From a virus (lineage: Duplodnaviria > Caudoviricetes), in IMG/VR virus record IMGVR_UViG_3300037418_000840: 64,000 nucleotides of DNA; one strand, written 5' to 3'. The translations under genes were made by a program, and so were the position numbers. Positions 10,035 to 19,590 of the stretch are shown piece by piece. Each line of letters begins with the position of its first letter. Positions within the stretch are counted from its first letter, which is position 1. The notes below the pieces were generated by a model. The model was not told the DNA's origin. It searched no databases and saw only the letters and a program-made list of their open reading frames with translations.

Positions 10035-10406
10035 TTAGTGAGTGTGCCAGCCAGGGAACACCGAGTCCATAATCTCAGCATAGTCAGCGAAGTCGACTAC
10101 ACAGCGAGCATCATTCTCCTGCTGGATAGGAGACATCAGGCACACGAATCCGTGCTGGACAACGAAGAACTTGTCGATCGGCGTTTCGAATGCGATGGAC
10201 AGTCGATAGGGATCGGCCGGCTGCTCTTGCCGTTCGGCAACGACATAGCCGTACAGGCCGCAGACGCCACGTTTTGTGGACGGAGGATTATCGTGCATGA
10301 ACAGGTAGTCGACACGAGTTCCGAGAAGGGACCCTGGACTGGCGACCCCACGCAGATCGATAATCTGCTGCTCGGTCAGAATCTTGGCACGCATTTCGAT
10401 GCTCAT
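10035..10406 (-). CDS. hypothetical protein
   Basis: 123-aa ORF coupled to ligase stop (ATGA overlap). Confidence 0.7.
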   Translation of the reverse strand: MSIEMRAKILTEQQIIDLRGVASPGSLLGTRVDYLFMHDNPPSTKRGVCGLYGYVVAERQEQPADPYRLSIAFETPIDKFFVVQHGFVCLMSPIQQENDARCVVDFADYAEIMDSVFPGWHTH

Positions 10407-12406
10407 AACGGAATCCTATACTTGCGGCAGAAATCCGGCCAATGCATCGCCTTGGATCCCGCCTTGTTGATCTTGTCCATGAACTTGGCACCCTTGCGCC
10501 ACAGTAGGACATCCATCTTTGGACCGTAGGACACAACCTCGCCGCCGTAGCGAACGATCGTAGCCTCTTGCTCGGTATCACGATACGATGTGAACGCAAC
10601 GTGAACACCGGTCAGCGGGCCAGTGATTGACCGCTTCTTAGCAGGAAGATCCCCGTTGACTTTGAGATACTTGGCGATAGGCTTGTACCAACGACGGAAC
10701 TGAAGGACGCCATCGTATATGATGTCGGCCGTCTTTTCACTGAAACCCTTGATCTGGGTCACCGTCGGTACGATACGCTCGGCCTTCATGTTGCAGAGGT
10801 CACGCATAGACAAGCCAGCGGCTTCCAACTGCTCGAGCTTGCGGCGGCCCATGCCACCGCGTTCGAAGCACCCGCTGGCAACCATCAGTTTCTTCAAAGG
10901 GATGGTCTTCGACAACACGTCGTGCAACGACTTGACCATGTTGTAGGCTTCGCCCTCACCGAAACCTGCGTCGACGAATCGCTGTTGGAAATCAACGATA
11001 GCCCGGGAACCTCTCACGGTCGTCTTCATAAAGAGACCTTTGCCTCTCACCACCTTTTCCTTGACTACAGGAGGAGTCATAGTGGCTACGGGTACGAAGG
11101 CGTGCGTCGTCGTGAATCCAGCGTCGTACAGTTTGGACAAGCGCTTCAATGCGAGTTGCTCGATCCCCAGGCTGGTCATGAAGTGATGGATGCCACGGAG
11201 CTCCGTCTGCTTGTCGTGATCCAGCATGTAGAAGAATCGGCCTCGGATTTCGTATGGACCCGGAGGCGGCACAAACTTTGCCTTCTTCACAACACCAACG
11301 ATCTTGGGGATGACGCCACCGCTGCGTAACACCTTGACCACCGCACCGGGACCTATTCCACGCTCCATCAGCCATGCGGGATTATGGGCTGTCGCGTTTG
11401 TAACTGTGACACCGTCCATCTTGGTTGGCGGGATCGTAATCTTGGGTTGCCAACGCTTGAGTCGTGTTTTCTGCCAGACGAAAGACTTGACCACGACCTG
11501 GTCAGCCCCCTCCTCGTCGTTGAACTTGAAGGCAACGAGCTCCTTGGGGCGATCGTTGTTCGCATAGTTGAGAACGAATCCCGAATCGGCCAAGACCAAG
11601 CCGTCCATCTCATAGACGCTAGTCTTGCGTTCAGCGTCCAACACGGCAGACAGAGTGTCTGCCGTTATGGTCGAAGGCCGGACCAAATCGTGGGCCACCA
11701 CGTTGAATCCCCATTTGCGGGCATGGTGCAGACCGCTGGCAAGCGAGTAGCCATAAACCCCGAGGACCACGAGATCGATATCTGACAGTGCCGGATGTTC
11801 CTCCTTGCGGTTGAACACACCATTGACCCCATTGCGGATATTGTCCCAACCGAGCTTGGCCCCTGCCGCCTTCTTGGTCCATTTGGCCTTGAAGGTCTTC
11901 AACTTCATCAAGCCTTCAAGGCGAAACACTACCTGCGTGGATTCCGCAGGAATCGTGGCCGGAATGAGCTTGCGTCGCAGAAGCCATGGAATGAAGAACG
12001 AGATGTCACCACCCAGAAGGCCATCACCTCGCGTGATCAACCGTGTGGGCTTTAATCGCTTGGACCGGCCCTCGTATACGAGTTGTAGACTGGTCCCGTC
12101 CAGCTTGTGCATGCGGATCCATGAAGTGATCCGACGTGCCCACGGCTTGCGCACCAACTTGGGCACGCCTTCGGGATAGAACTTATCGAGCGACGGCATT
12201 GGCTTGACCAACTCGACTTCAGTCTTCTTGTCAGCAACACGGGTCCCAGTCGCACGCAGTGGCTTCCACTTCGGATCAGCCTCACGGATCTCATCCTCGA
12301 GACGATCGAACTTGGCATCCGACATGATCGGTTGCTCGTTGTAGTAGGCGGCGCGCGCCCGCTCATACAACGCCTTCTTTTCGGCAAGCGTCTTTGCAGT
12401 TGCCAT
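10403..12406 (-). CDS. ligA: NAD-dependent DNA ligase
   Basis: Domain Ia (AYY..IMSDAKFDRL), motif I KLDG, TRGDG, DGLV, OB-fold GGVIPKI, HhH repeats, C-terminal BRCT-like region. Confidence 0.92.
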   Translation of the reverse strand: MATAKTLAEKKALYERARAAYYNEQPIMSDAKFDRLEDEIREADPKWKPLRATGTRVADKKTEVELVKPMPSLDKFYPEGVPKLVRKPWARRITSWIRMHKLDGTSLQLVYEGRSKRLKPTRLITRGDGLLGGDISFFIPWLLRRKLIPATIPAESTQVVFRLEGLMKLKTFKAKWTKKAAGAKLGWDNIRNGVNGVFNRKEEHPALSDIDLVVLGVYGYSLASGLHHARKWGFNVVAHDLVRPSTITADTLSAVLDAERKTSVYEMDGLVLADSGFVLNYANNDRPKELVAFKFNDEEGADQVVVKSFVWQKTRLKRWQPKITIPPTKMDGVTVTNATAHNPAWLMERGIGPGAVVKVLRSGGVIPKIVGVVKKAKFVPPPGPYEIRGRFFYMLDHDKQTELRGIHHFMTSLGIEQLALKRLSKLYDAGFTTTHAFVPVATMTPPVVKEKVVRGKGLFMKTTVRGSRAIVDFQQRFVDAGFGEGEAYNMVKSLHDVLSKTIPLKKLMVASGCFERGGMGRRKLEQLEAAGLSMRDLCNMKAERIVPTVTQIKGFSEKTADIIYDGVLQFRRWYKPIAKYLKVNGDLPAKKRSITGPLTGVHVAFTSYRDTEQEATIVRYGGEVVSYGPKMDVLLWRKGAKFMDKINKAGSKAMHWPDFCRKYRIPL

Positions 12407-12407
12407 C

Positions 12408-12551
12408 TTAGGTGCTCCATCGCGGGGCCGTCATTGGTGTTGACGACGGCTTTTCTACGCTGATTGTCAGCTCAGTTGGTGACATGAGATACAGGGCGAG
12501 ACCGAGAAGTGCGGTCACCGCCAAGATAATCTTCCACTTGAGGTCTTTCAT
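12408..12551 (-). CDS. small membrane protein (47 aa)
   Basis: Read manually: MKDLKWKIILAVTALLGLALYLM..., fills the gap exactly. Confidence 0.55.
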   Translation of the reverse strand: MKDLKWKIILAVTALLGLALYLMSPTELTISVEKPSSTPMTAPRWST

Positions 12552-12772
12552 TGGTCACCGACCACCTCTGTGAGCTCGACTTCGAGCATGAAGCGGGCTT
12601 CCTCTTCAGAGAGGCCCTCTTGCATCATGAAGCCTACAAGTTGGGCATCATAGCGACCGTCTCGTACAGCAGGGGCTACCTCACCATAAAGGAGCATGAG
12701 TTTGCCAACTGCGATGAGCAGGGCCGCGCGTTGCTTGATGATCTCGGGCGGGACCGTAACTTTGGTGTTCAT
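12548..12772 (-). CDS. hypothetical protein
   Basis: 74-aa ORF with AGGGA upstream. Confidence 0.65.
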   Translation of the reverse strand: MNTKVTVPPEIIKQRAALLIAVGKLMLLYGEVAPAVRDGRYDAQLVGFMMQEGLSEEEARFMLEVELTEVVGDQ

Positions 12773-12809
12773 GGCAATTCCCTATTTTCGTATGCGTGAA
12801 AGTGCGAAA

Positions 12810-12831
12810 GGGGAAGCACGAAGGCTTCCCC
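12810..12831 (-). terminator. Rho-independent terminator-like hairpin
   Basis: GGGGAAGC/GCTTCCCC stem followed by TTT on minus strand after stop at 12845. Confidence 0.6.
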
Positions 12832-12844
12832 AAGAATTCCTGCC

Positions 12845-13639
12845 TTACTTCTCGATGCGGATACCGAACTTGTCGGTGATGAGGCGATGGATGCTGTCCG
12901 TGCCATTGACGTACGTCAGATTCTGGCCGCGTAGCCCATCGAGATTGCCCTTACACCACTTGGTCTTGAACGTGAAGTCCATGGTGTCCATCGTGTTCTT
13001 AACCCGCTTCAGCCCCTCGTCCCCGTCGAGGAAGAAGAAGTGGACGTGACCCTGGTACGTTTTCTCCAACGAATTGCGTTGCGCACCTTGGAGGCCAAGG
13101 ACCAGAATCTTAGGCAAGCGCTTGGCCGGCTGTGACGCCGTGACTTCGGAGACAGGGGTCGGTTGCGAAAGAGCCGGGTCAGGCGGGAGCATACCGGGCA
13201 GACGGCGATCGAGTACCGCGTTGATCTCCTCACGCATGAGGCGACGCTGCGTCTCGGGGTCCATCATGTGGACAATTCGCTTCATGAACTCGCCCATGAT
13301 CTCGGCTGTCGTGAACTTATCGAGCGACAGATTTGTCTGGAACTGCTGCACTACATCGTGTTCGATCTTGGGGCTGACGACGGGTTGAATGGCCGCACGT
13401 TTCGGCGCTGCGCGGTGGCCCTTGGCCACGAGCTCACGCCAGATCGGCTGGACGAAATCTGCTTGCTGCATCTGGGTCAACTCTCGCCAATCAGCGGGGT
13501 CCACCAGTTCACGCATTGCCACACGGATCGCTTCCAGATCGGTGTCTGCCCAATTCGAATCGGTCTTAATTTCGAAGGCGCGCACTGCGATTGCGTGCTT
13601 GACATCCGACTTCCAGAAGATGCGACGTTGTTTCGGCAT
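12845..13639 (-). CDS. hypothetical protein
   Basis: 264-aa ORF, CTATCGAAAGGA before start, first gene after promoter at 13723. Confidence 0.8.
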   Translation of the reverse strand: MPKQRRIFWKSDVKHAIAVRAFEIKTDSNWADTDLEAIRVAMRELVDPADWRELTQMQQADFVQPIWRELVAKGHRAAPKRAAIQPVVSPKIEHDVVQQFQTNLSLDKFTTAEIMGEFMKRIVHMMDPETQRRLMREEINAVLDRRLPGMLPPDPALSQPTPVSEVTASQPAKRLPKILVLGLQGAQRNSLEKTYQGHVHFFFLDGDEGLKRVKNTMDTMDFTFKTKWCKGNLDGLRGQNLTYVNGTDSIHRLITDKFGIRIEK

Positions 13640-13722
13640 GATGATTAGTCCTTTCGATAGACGGGTAAGTTTTGAGGCCCTTCACGGTCCGGCCTCGATT
13701 GAGTGGGCGTCGCCCACGCCCT

Positions 13723-13775
13723 ATTATACCATGTGCGGGCGGCGCGCAAGTTACGAGTGTTGCGTTTATACAACA
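13723..13775 (-). promoter_or_regulatory. sigma70-like promoter with TGTTG-N8-CAACA palindrome
   Basis: TGG-TATAAT 13723-13728, TTGCGC 13744-13749, palindrome 13758-13775. Confidence 0.75.
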
Positions 13776-14107
13776 GTGGGTGGCGCGTCGGCTGCGACGG
13801 TTAGGGCGCGAAATTCGTCCTCGGTTATAGGGAGTGCCAACGCATCGCCCTGACGGTTGAACGTCATCGGCACACGTTCACCAGCACGAATCGACGCATA
13901 CGCGAGATGCTCAGGTGCCAGGATGATGCCCGACACCCAGGTAGGTCCTAGGACCGGTCGCGTAGGCGCATCGATCTGATGAACTTCGATCACAATGGCA
14001 CCAACGAAGTTGAGACTCAGGATGATTGCCCGATCGCCACGTTTCAGTGAATCGATCCGGACTTGACGGCCTTGACCTTTGTGAAAAGCTTCCAGGATAG
14101 GCAGCAT
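13766..14107 (-). CDS. hypothetical protein
   Basis: 113-aa ORF. Confidence 0.6.
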   Translation of the reverse strand: MLPILEAFHKGQGRQVRIDSLKRGDRAIILSLNFVGAIVIEVHQIDAPTRPVLGPTWVSGIILAPEHLAYASIRAGERVPMTFNRQGDALALPITEDEFRALTVAADAPPTVV

Positions 14108-14199
14108 GGTCTTCTCGCTTGCTATGAAAAAGCGGGAGGACCTTGGCCCTCCCCGTAAAGCTGACGCGCCGCACGCAGGCAGCGCGTCAGCGCCACAAC

Positions 14200-14436
14200 T
14201 TAGATCTTGCGATTGGCCCTCACGTAGTTAGCGACATCATTGATGGTCGAGAACTTCTCGGCTTCTTCATCAGGGATCTCCATACCGAACTCGTCTTCGA
14301 ACATCATGACGAGCTCGACCGTGTCGAGGCTATCGGCCCCGAGATCATCCACGAACTTGGTTTCCGGGGTGATCTGATCACTCAAACCCAGGTGTTCGGC
14401 CGTCAGCTTGATTACGCGTTCCAGAATGTTGTCCAT
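14200..14436 (-). CDS. acpP: acyl carrier protein (type II FAS AcpP-like)
   Basis: [30 protein letters not shown] with phosphopantetheine-accepting Ser; 78 aa, acidic. Confidence 0.95.
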   Translation of the reverse strand: MDNILERVIKLTAEHLGLSDQITPETKFVDDLGADSLDTVELVMMFEDEFGMEIPDEEAEKFSTINDVANYVRANRKI

Positions 14437-14475
14437 CAGCGGTCCTCTATGTTGGTTGGGGTCAATACTGCTTTC

Positions 14476-14485
14476 TATTTACTGC
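14476..14485 (-). promoter_or_regulatory. GTAAATA-type putative phage promoter
   Basis: GCAGTAAATA 40 bp upstream of the ACP start. Confidence 0.55.
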
Positions 14486-14491
14486 CCCATT

Positions 14492-14683
14492 TCAGTCGTG
14501 GCCGTGTACCGAATTGCGTTGAATCAGGTCGAAGGCACGCGCAGCCCCGCACGAAAAGGCGATCGTATGCTCGATTCCCCTGTGATGACATGTCTTGTTG
14601 GTGACGAACGGACACCGGTCTTTGAACGGACATTCGGTCCGGGCCGGAATCTTCCCGTTGATGAGGAGTGTCATTTGTCCCAT
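14492..14683 (-). CDS. small Cys-rich hypothetical protein
   Basis: CPF..RCPF....CHH.......SC. Confidence 0.6.
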   Translation of the reverse strand: MGQMTLLINGKIPARTECPFKDRCPFVTNKTCHHRGIEHTIAFSCGAARAFDLIQRNSVHGHD

Positions 14684-14684
14684 A

Positions 14685-14948
14685 TCAGAACCCGTAGGCG
14701 GTTTTCATGTCAGTGGGCGACATGTGCTGTTCGCTGGGCAATCCGCTGTCCATCTGGGCGATGACGATTCGTCCTGTATGAAGGTTCGTCAACAGGTTAT
14801 CCCATTCGACATGGATCCAGGACGGACGGATGTCACCACGTCCGACACGGAAACGCCACGTCAGGCGATCGACGTTGAGCTTGGCCGTCTGCGTTTCTTC
14901 GATCTGCTGCAGAACGAACGCGGCTTGTGCTTGAGTCAAGAGGCTCAT
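14685..14948 (-). CDS. hypothetical protein
   Basis: 87-aa ORF with GGAG RBS. Confidence 0.65.
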   Translation of the reverse strand: MSLLTQAQAAFVLQQIEETQTAKLNVDRLTWRFRVGRGDIRPSWIHVEWDNLLTNLHTGRIVIAQMDSGLPSEQHMSPTDMKTAYGF

Positions 14949-14960
14949 GTTGATCTCCGA

Positions 14961-15632
14961 TTACTGATCATCGCTTTCGGGAATGGTTCCATTTTCAGCT
15001 ACTTCGGGATCACGCCATTCGCCATGACCGATCAACTCGCGTTCGGTCTGGCTCATTTTGCGCAGGACCGCGTCACGACGACGAATCTTCTCTTCTTGCT
15101 CCCGTCGATAGGCTATCACGCGCTCGAGCGCCTCTTTGATATGCTTGAACTCCCATTCCTCACTTCGGAGGGAGAGCCAATGCTCACCTTCCTCAAGGCG
15201 ATCTTCGCCCGGCGTATAGATCTCGAACCGAACAGCGGGGCACCCCATATTCTCCTCGAGCAACGTCGTGTGGTCTTTGTAATCAGGGATGAAATGAGTG
15301 CTGACTCGCGTTCCGTGGGCCTTCGATCGAGACAAAAGGCTGGCGATGGTCATCAAGTCAAAGATGCGGATCTTCTTGGCATCAGCCTCCTTGGACGTCA
15401 ACTCCTTGACAACCTTGCCTGCAACGGCCGCCGACTTCTTGGTCTTAGACCTAATTGCGTCAGCCAACGTGACGGGGACTGCGCCGATCCGATCGGGGTG
15501 TAAGCCAATGGTCGACTTGGTCTTACGTTTCGTGACCGAGGTCTTCGGAGGCGGTTCCACATAGGGACCAACTGCGCGGCGGCTGATCGTCGGGTCCATC
15601 GAGGAAACTTTGCTCTTCTTCGTCTTTGCCAT
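14961..15632 (-). CDS. hypothetical protein, basic N-terminus
   Basis: Start trimmed to MAKTKK (AAGGTG RBS). Confidence 0.75.
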   Translation of the reverse strand: MAKTKKSKVSSMDPTISRRAVGPYVEPPPKTSVTKRKTKSTIGLHPDRIGAVPVTLADAIRSKTKKSAAVAGKVVKELTSKEADAKKIRIFDLMTIASLLSRSKAHGTRVSTHFIPDYKDHTTLLEENMGCPAVRFEIYTPGEDRLEEGEHWLSLRSEEWEFKHIKEALERVIAYRREQEEKIRRRDAVLRKMSQTERELIGHGEWRDPEVAENGTIPESDDQ

Positions 15633-15640
15633 TTTGCACC

Positions 15641-15835
15641 TTACAGATTCAGATACGACATCATCAGTTGATGGAAGACCACCATATCGCACGTCGGTTC
15701 GTATGGGGACGGCGAATAGGCGGCGGTCAAACTTAGGGCTGCGTGCGCGAACTCGGGACTGATTCCGGTCTGCTTGAGGTACTGACCTGCGATGAACAGT
15801 TCAGTTAGCTCATAGATGTTGCGTGGCGTGTTCAT
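15641..15835 (-). CDS. hypothetical protein
   Basis: 64-aa ORF with GAGGA upstream. Confidence 0.55.
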   Translation of the reverse strand: MNTPRNIYELTELFIAGQYLKQTGISPEFAHAALSLTAAYSPSPYEPTCDMVVFHQLMMSYLNL

Positions 15836-16097
15836 CGGTTGGGATCCTCACCGGAGGGCGATTGTAGAACTGGACGCGCTTGATTCGCGGATCAAACGGC
15901 CACCGTGCGCCCTCGGGCTTGAGACAAGCCCCAACGTAGACAATGACCGGCCGCCCACGATGGACCAAGGGCTCTTTGCAGATCTCCTCACACCAGAACT
16001 CCGGTCGGCGCGAGGCCATTCGGCGAAGTTGAAACAGGACGACGCGAATGCGTGCTACCAGAATTGTCAGGGTCTCCATGCGTCTCATGCTTTTCAT
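15810..16097 (-). CDS. hypothetical protein
   Basis: 95-aa ORF coupled to upstream stop. Confidence 0.55.
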   Translation of the reverse strand: MKSMRRMETLTILVARIRVVLFQLRRMASRRPEFWCEEICKEPLVHRGRPVIVYVGACLKPEGARWPFDPRIKRVQFYNRPPVRIPTDEHATQHL

Positions 16098-17023
16098 TTT
16101 TCGATATCAAATGGACTGATTCCAAATCCCGAGAGGGTAAACTTACGCACACGTTCTCCCAGGTCTTCGTCTACAAAGCGGATTGCGTATGGTGTGCCCG
16201 AACCACCAAACGTGTCGAACGGATTGTGACCCATGCACATTCCATGGGCAGACCCTTCCTTCAAGGCATCGATGATTTGATCCTTGTTCCATTTGAAGAG
16301 CCCGCCCTCCAGGGGATTCCGAACCTCGACGGTGCGCCCAAGGAGTTTTGCCAGTTCGGCCTCCTCACGCAAGTCCTTGAACTGGATAGGTTCCTTGTTG
16401 TACCACTTGTAGACCAATCCGCGTTCGGCCAATGCCAAACTACTCTGCCGTAGGTACTGGAGACCACGACTACGGCCCATGCTGTCGTACAAGCGTACAC
16501 CATATGAGGGGTCTTTGTCGAAGTCCTCCCACTGATACTGGATCGTCTGGACGATGCCGTATGCCCCGCCGTCCGTAACGCCAGAACGCCACAGTAGATG
16601 AACACGATCCTGTTCCCAGAACAGGGTTGGCGGTAGGTCACCGACGCGGACTGTATTGAGCAGCCGGTCCTTGATCTCATTGTATGAATCAAGGTTCTTC
16701 TTGAGAACGGGTTGCACCCATTCCACGTCCTGACGACGTTGTGCTTCTTGCAGATCGGCTAAGACCAACGAGTAGTCATCTCCATCGGTGGTCTCACCGG
16801 TTTCCCACTGGACAACACAGGTCCCATCGATCTCGTAGACGCCATGTGTGTCCGCACGATAGCCAATGCGTTCACGGTAACGGAGGACCCGCGTCTTGCT
16901 GAGGACCTTTCCGCGCACACCGTCGGCAGGTCCCGGACGACCCCAGCTACGGGCCTCGGGGTCCATCTTCATAATGACTTCGTCACCAGGACGAAAGAGT
17001 TCGGACATCATAGTGTTTCTCAC
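16094..17023 (-). CDS. hypothetical protein with SH3-like segments
   Basis: 309-aa ORF; FRPGDEV and FWEQDRV beta-rich starts; start may be a few codons later. Confidence 0.8.
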   Translation of the reverse strand: MRNTMMSELFRPGDEVIMKMDPEARSWGRPGPADGVRGKVLSKTRVLRYRERIGYRADTHGVYEIDGTCVVQWETGETTDGDDYSLVLADLQEAQRRQDVEWVQPVLKKNLDSYNEIKDRLLNTVRVGDLPPTLFWEQDRVHLLWRSGVTDGGAYGIVQTIQYQWEDFDKDPSYGVRLYDSMGRSRGLQYLRQSSLALAERGLVYKWYNKEPIQFKDLREEAELAKLLGRTVEVRNPLEGGLFKWNKDQIIDALKEGSAHGMCMGHNPFDTFGGSGTPYAIRFVDEDLGERVRKFTLSGFGISPFDIEK

Positions 17024-17073
17024 TGTAAGATTAGGAGTTGAACGACGCTACGCTTTGCGTTGTCTAATAAGAC

Positions 17074-17556
17074 CTAGACCACTTGATGGTTGGCGACCTG
17101 CATGTTCGGGTAAGACTTGGCATAGCCGTTCAGCCATTCCGGCCCCACCTTGCGCTTACTGGTTTTGAACTCAGTGGGCATTTCGTTCTCGTCGAGATCC
17201 GACTTAGAGAAGGCGACAAGATAGCCACGACGAGCCGCGTCTCTCATCTTGAGCAGCATCTGCGCACGACAGAAAAGGAAGGCCACGAAGCTTTCACTGC
17301 TGAAGAAGCCGAAGGGGCCGGCGTTGTTCGCCCACTTGAGCAGCGCTTCGCGCTCGCCGCTATCGACGTTGGGGAAGAAAGTGACTGCCATACCAGTCGG
17401 GTCCAGCACGTTGTCGCCCTTAGCTTCTGCGATCTTGCGCGTACCCCGATAAAGGTTGGCGACCCAACTGCCATCGGCAGCGATCACCATCTTGTTCATG
17501 CTGTATTCGCCACAGATGGCACGGAAGCGTGCTATGACGTCGATTTCGTTCTTCAT
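17074..17556 (-). CDS. hypothetical protein
   Basis: Start trimmed to MKNEID after CTATCGAAAGGA. Confidence 0.75.
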   Translation of the reverse strand: MKNEIDVIARFRAICGEYSMNKMVIAADGSWVANLYRGTRKIAEAKGDNVLDPTGMAVTFFPNVDSGEREALLKWANNAGPFGFFSSESFVAFLFCRAQMLLKMRDAARRGYLVAFSKSDLDENEMPTEFKTSKRKVGPEWLNGYAKSYPNMQVANHQVV

Positions 17557-17603
17557 GTTCGTGTCCTTTCGATAGACAGAGATGGTTCGAGGCACAGCCT
17601 AGT

Positions 17604-18191
17604 CTAGCTGTGCATCAGCTGCAACAGATTGGCCGATCGCTTAGTCGGAGCTACCTTGAAGCCCGCCAACTTGCGTTGTCCGATGATCCGGGTGTAACAC
17701 GCGGCCACCAAATCGTAGCGTTCGGCACTGAGATGCCGAAGTAGGTCAGGATTCAGTATGAACAGACGATGGGCCTCCGCGAAGTCTTCCTGCCAGCAGG
17801 AACGCGCATAACTGGTCACTGCGTGACGACGATCGTTGGCAAACAGATCACGTTGAAGCTGGATCAGCGTTCGCGCCCGAAGTTCATAGAGCTTGAACTG
17901 GACGAGGTGCCCGATCTCATGGGCAAGAACACCAGTAGGACTCATGTCGGATTTGCCGCACGGCGCCGAGTAGGGACTTGCCGCACGGAACTTGACCGTT
18001 CCCTTTGCCGATAGATGAACATGACCCTGCGGTGTGGCATAGCCACGACTACCGTCGTTGATCACTGGGTCTATCACCAGACGGTTGAACCCAACTGCTT
18101 TATGGAAATCAGAATTGAGGAGTACCGCCGGAGCATTGTCCAGGATGGACTGGCGGCAGAGTTCATAGTTCTCGACAGGAGAGCGAGCCAT
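17604..18191 (-). CDS. zincin-like Zn metallopeptidase
   Basis: VLAHEIGH (HExxH) plus downstream TSYA....EDFAE third-ligand motif. Confidence 0.7.
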   Translation of the reverse strand: MARSPVENYELCRQSILDNAPAVLLNSDFHKAVGFNRLVIDPVINDGSRGYATPQGHVHLSAKGTVKFRAASPYSAPCGKSDMSPTGVLAHEIGHLVQFKLYELRARTLIQLQRDLFANDRRHAVTSYARSCWQEDFAEAHRLFILNPDLLRHLSAERYDLVAACYTRIIGQRKLAGFKVAPTKRSANLLQLMHS

Positions 18192-18230
18192 GATTGGGAT
18201 TGTCCTTTCGATAGACAGAGAAATCGTTGG

Positions 18231-18581
18231 TCAAACAGCGCCCAGGGCTTCGAACAGATCGTTCAGGATCTCGTTGATCGAACCCGGTATCGTGTAGACT
18301 TCTTCGCCGTCGGTCATGGCGATCATGAGTTCGCCAGTGACATCATCGGCATCACCGCTGCTGATGTCTTCACCGCAGCAGATGGTGCGCAGACCTTGCT
18401 CATCGAAGTCGGCAAGCCATGCTTCGACCGTGTCAAGCCGATCGACTTCGCCTTTGGCCTGCAAATCATTGACCACGAGGTCATACGACGGTTGCACGAC
18501 GTCGAGACCAAAGCCCGTGTCCACGGCCATGAGGGCCAGACATTGCATGATCTTGGGATGTTTCGCTTGTTGCTCGTTCAT
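18231..18581 (-). CDS. acidic hypothetical protein
   Basis: Start trimmed to MNEQQ after CTATCGAAAGG. Confidence 0.7.
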   Translation of the reverse strand: MNEQQAKHPKIMQCLALMAVDTGFGLDVVQPSYDLVVNDLQAKGEVDRLDTVEAWLADFDEQGLRTICCGEDISSGDADDVTGELMIAMTDGEEVYTIPGSINEILNDLFEALGAV

Positions 18582-18657
18582 AGCAGTCACCCTTTCGATA
18601 GGTGGTTGATTAGAGGCCCCGGAGGGCCTCACGCTGATTTGGCTTAGTAGCCAAAGT

Positions 18658-19080
18658 TCAAACGAAGAAGCCGATGCTCAGATCGTCTGGCTTCTGAATT
18701 CCGTGGCTTACACCTTCCGTCTCGTACCACTTCAACAGTTCCGTCATTGCTGTGTGTACCGCTTCACGAGTGAAGTACATGACGGGCTGTACCATGTCGT
18801 CCTGGGTCTTAACCCACTTCGGCGCGAAGATCAAGCCGTGCATATGGAACCCAGCGAAGAACTCCGACTTGGCGAACGGCGTTTGATCATTACCGCTCAC
18901 AATGAAAAACGGTCGCACGCTTTGGTATCGCGCTTCGAGCTCAGCATGCGGGAACTTGCGTCGTTCTTCGGCCCTACGAGCTAGACGCTCTTCCTCGACA
19001 CAGTTCGGGCACTGCCGATCATACGCATACTTGTGTTTCATGCAGTAGCCGGAGGTCTTGCTAGGAATCTTGCGTGTCAT
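18658..19080 (-). CDS. hypothetical protein with N-terminal Cys/His cluster
   Basis: YCMKH....QCPNC; start trimmed to MTRKIP. Confidence 0.7.
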   Translation of the reverse strand: MTRKIPSKTSGYCMKHKYAYDRQCPNCVEEERLARRAEERRKFPHAELEARYQSVRPFFIVSGNDQTPFAKSEFFAGFHMHGLIFAPKWVKTQDDMVQPVMYFTREAVHTAMTELLKWYETEGVSHGIQKPDDLSIGFFV

Positions 19081-19114
19081 GTCTTGTACCTTTTCGATAG
19101 GTAGATGTACCAAA

Positions 19115-19132
19115 AGGAGCCCGAAGGCTCCT
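19115..19132 (-). terminator. Rho-independent terminator
   Basis: AGGAGCC-TTCG-GGCTCCT then TTTT on minus strand. Confidence 0.7.
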
Positions 19133-19142
19133 CACGATGCTG

Positions 19143-19430
19143 TTACTCGGCTTTGTCGACAGTATAGCCCTCAAGGTGCATATCGAGCATGCCGACGATG
19201 CGAACGACTTGTGTATGTACGGCCGTCGCACATGCGAACCAGCCGTCATTGTCCCAGTGCAGCGTCTCGAGCGTCCGCTCCCCCTTGTATGATTTCGGGT
19301 GAAGTCCAATCGCTACGATAAGCGCGATCTCGTTGGGTGCGTCGTTCCATGTAAGCTCGACCCACTGCCCTACTTTAAGATCTGCTACGTTGACACCGTG
19401 CTTGTTGATGCGGAAGTCAGGCTTTGCCAT
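19143..19430 (-). CDS. small SH3-like hypothetical protein
   Basis: LKVGQWVELTW...; start trimmed to MAKPDF after CTACCGAAAGG. Confidence 0.7.
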   Translation of the reverse strand: MAKPDFRINKHGVNVADLKVGQWVELTWNDAPNEIALIVAIGLHPKSYKGERTLETLHWDNDGWFACATAVHTQVVRIVGMLDMHLEGYTVDKAE

Positions 19431-19537
19431 TGTGTAACCCTTTCGGTAGGTTAGGAAACGCAAGGCATGCCGCGCGTGCGGCCCTTGGCCGGTACTTTGG
19501 CCCTTGGCTTGTTCTACGTGCGGCACGCCCGCACCTT

Positions 19538-19590
19538 ATTATACCACGCACGGCCTTCGTGCAAGGACTGACTGTTGTAGAAAAACAACA
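19538..19590 (-). promoter_or_regulatory. sigma70-like promoter with TGTTG-N8-CAACA palindrome
   Basis: TGG-TATAAT 19538-19543, TTGCAC 19559-19564, palindrome 19573-19590; near-identical to the 785-823 segment. Confidence 0.75.
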
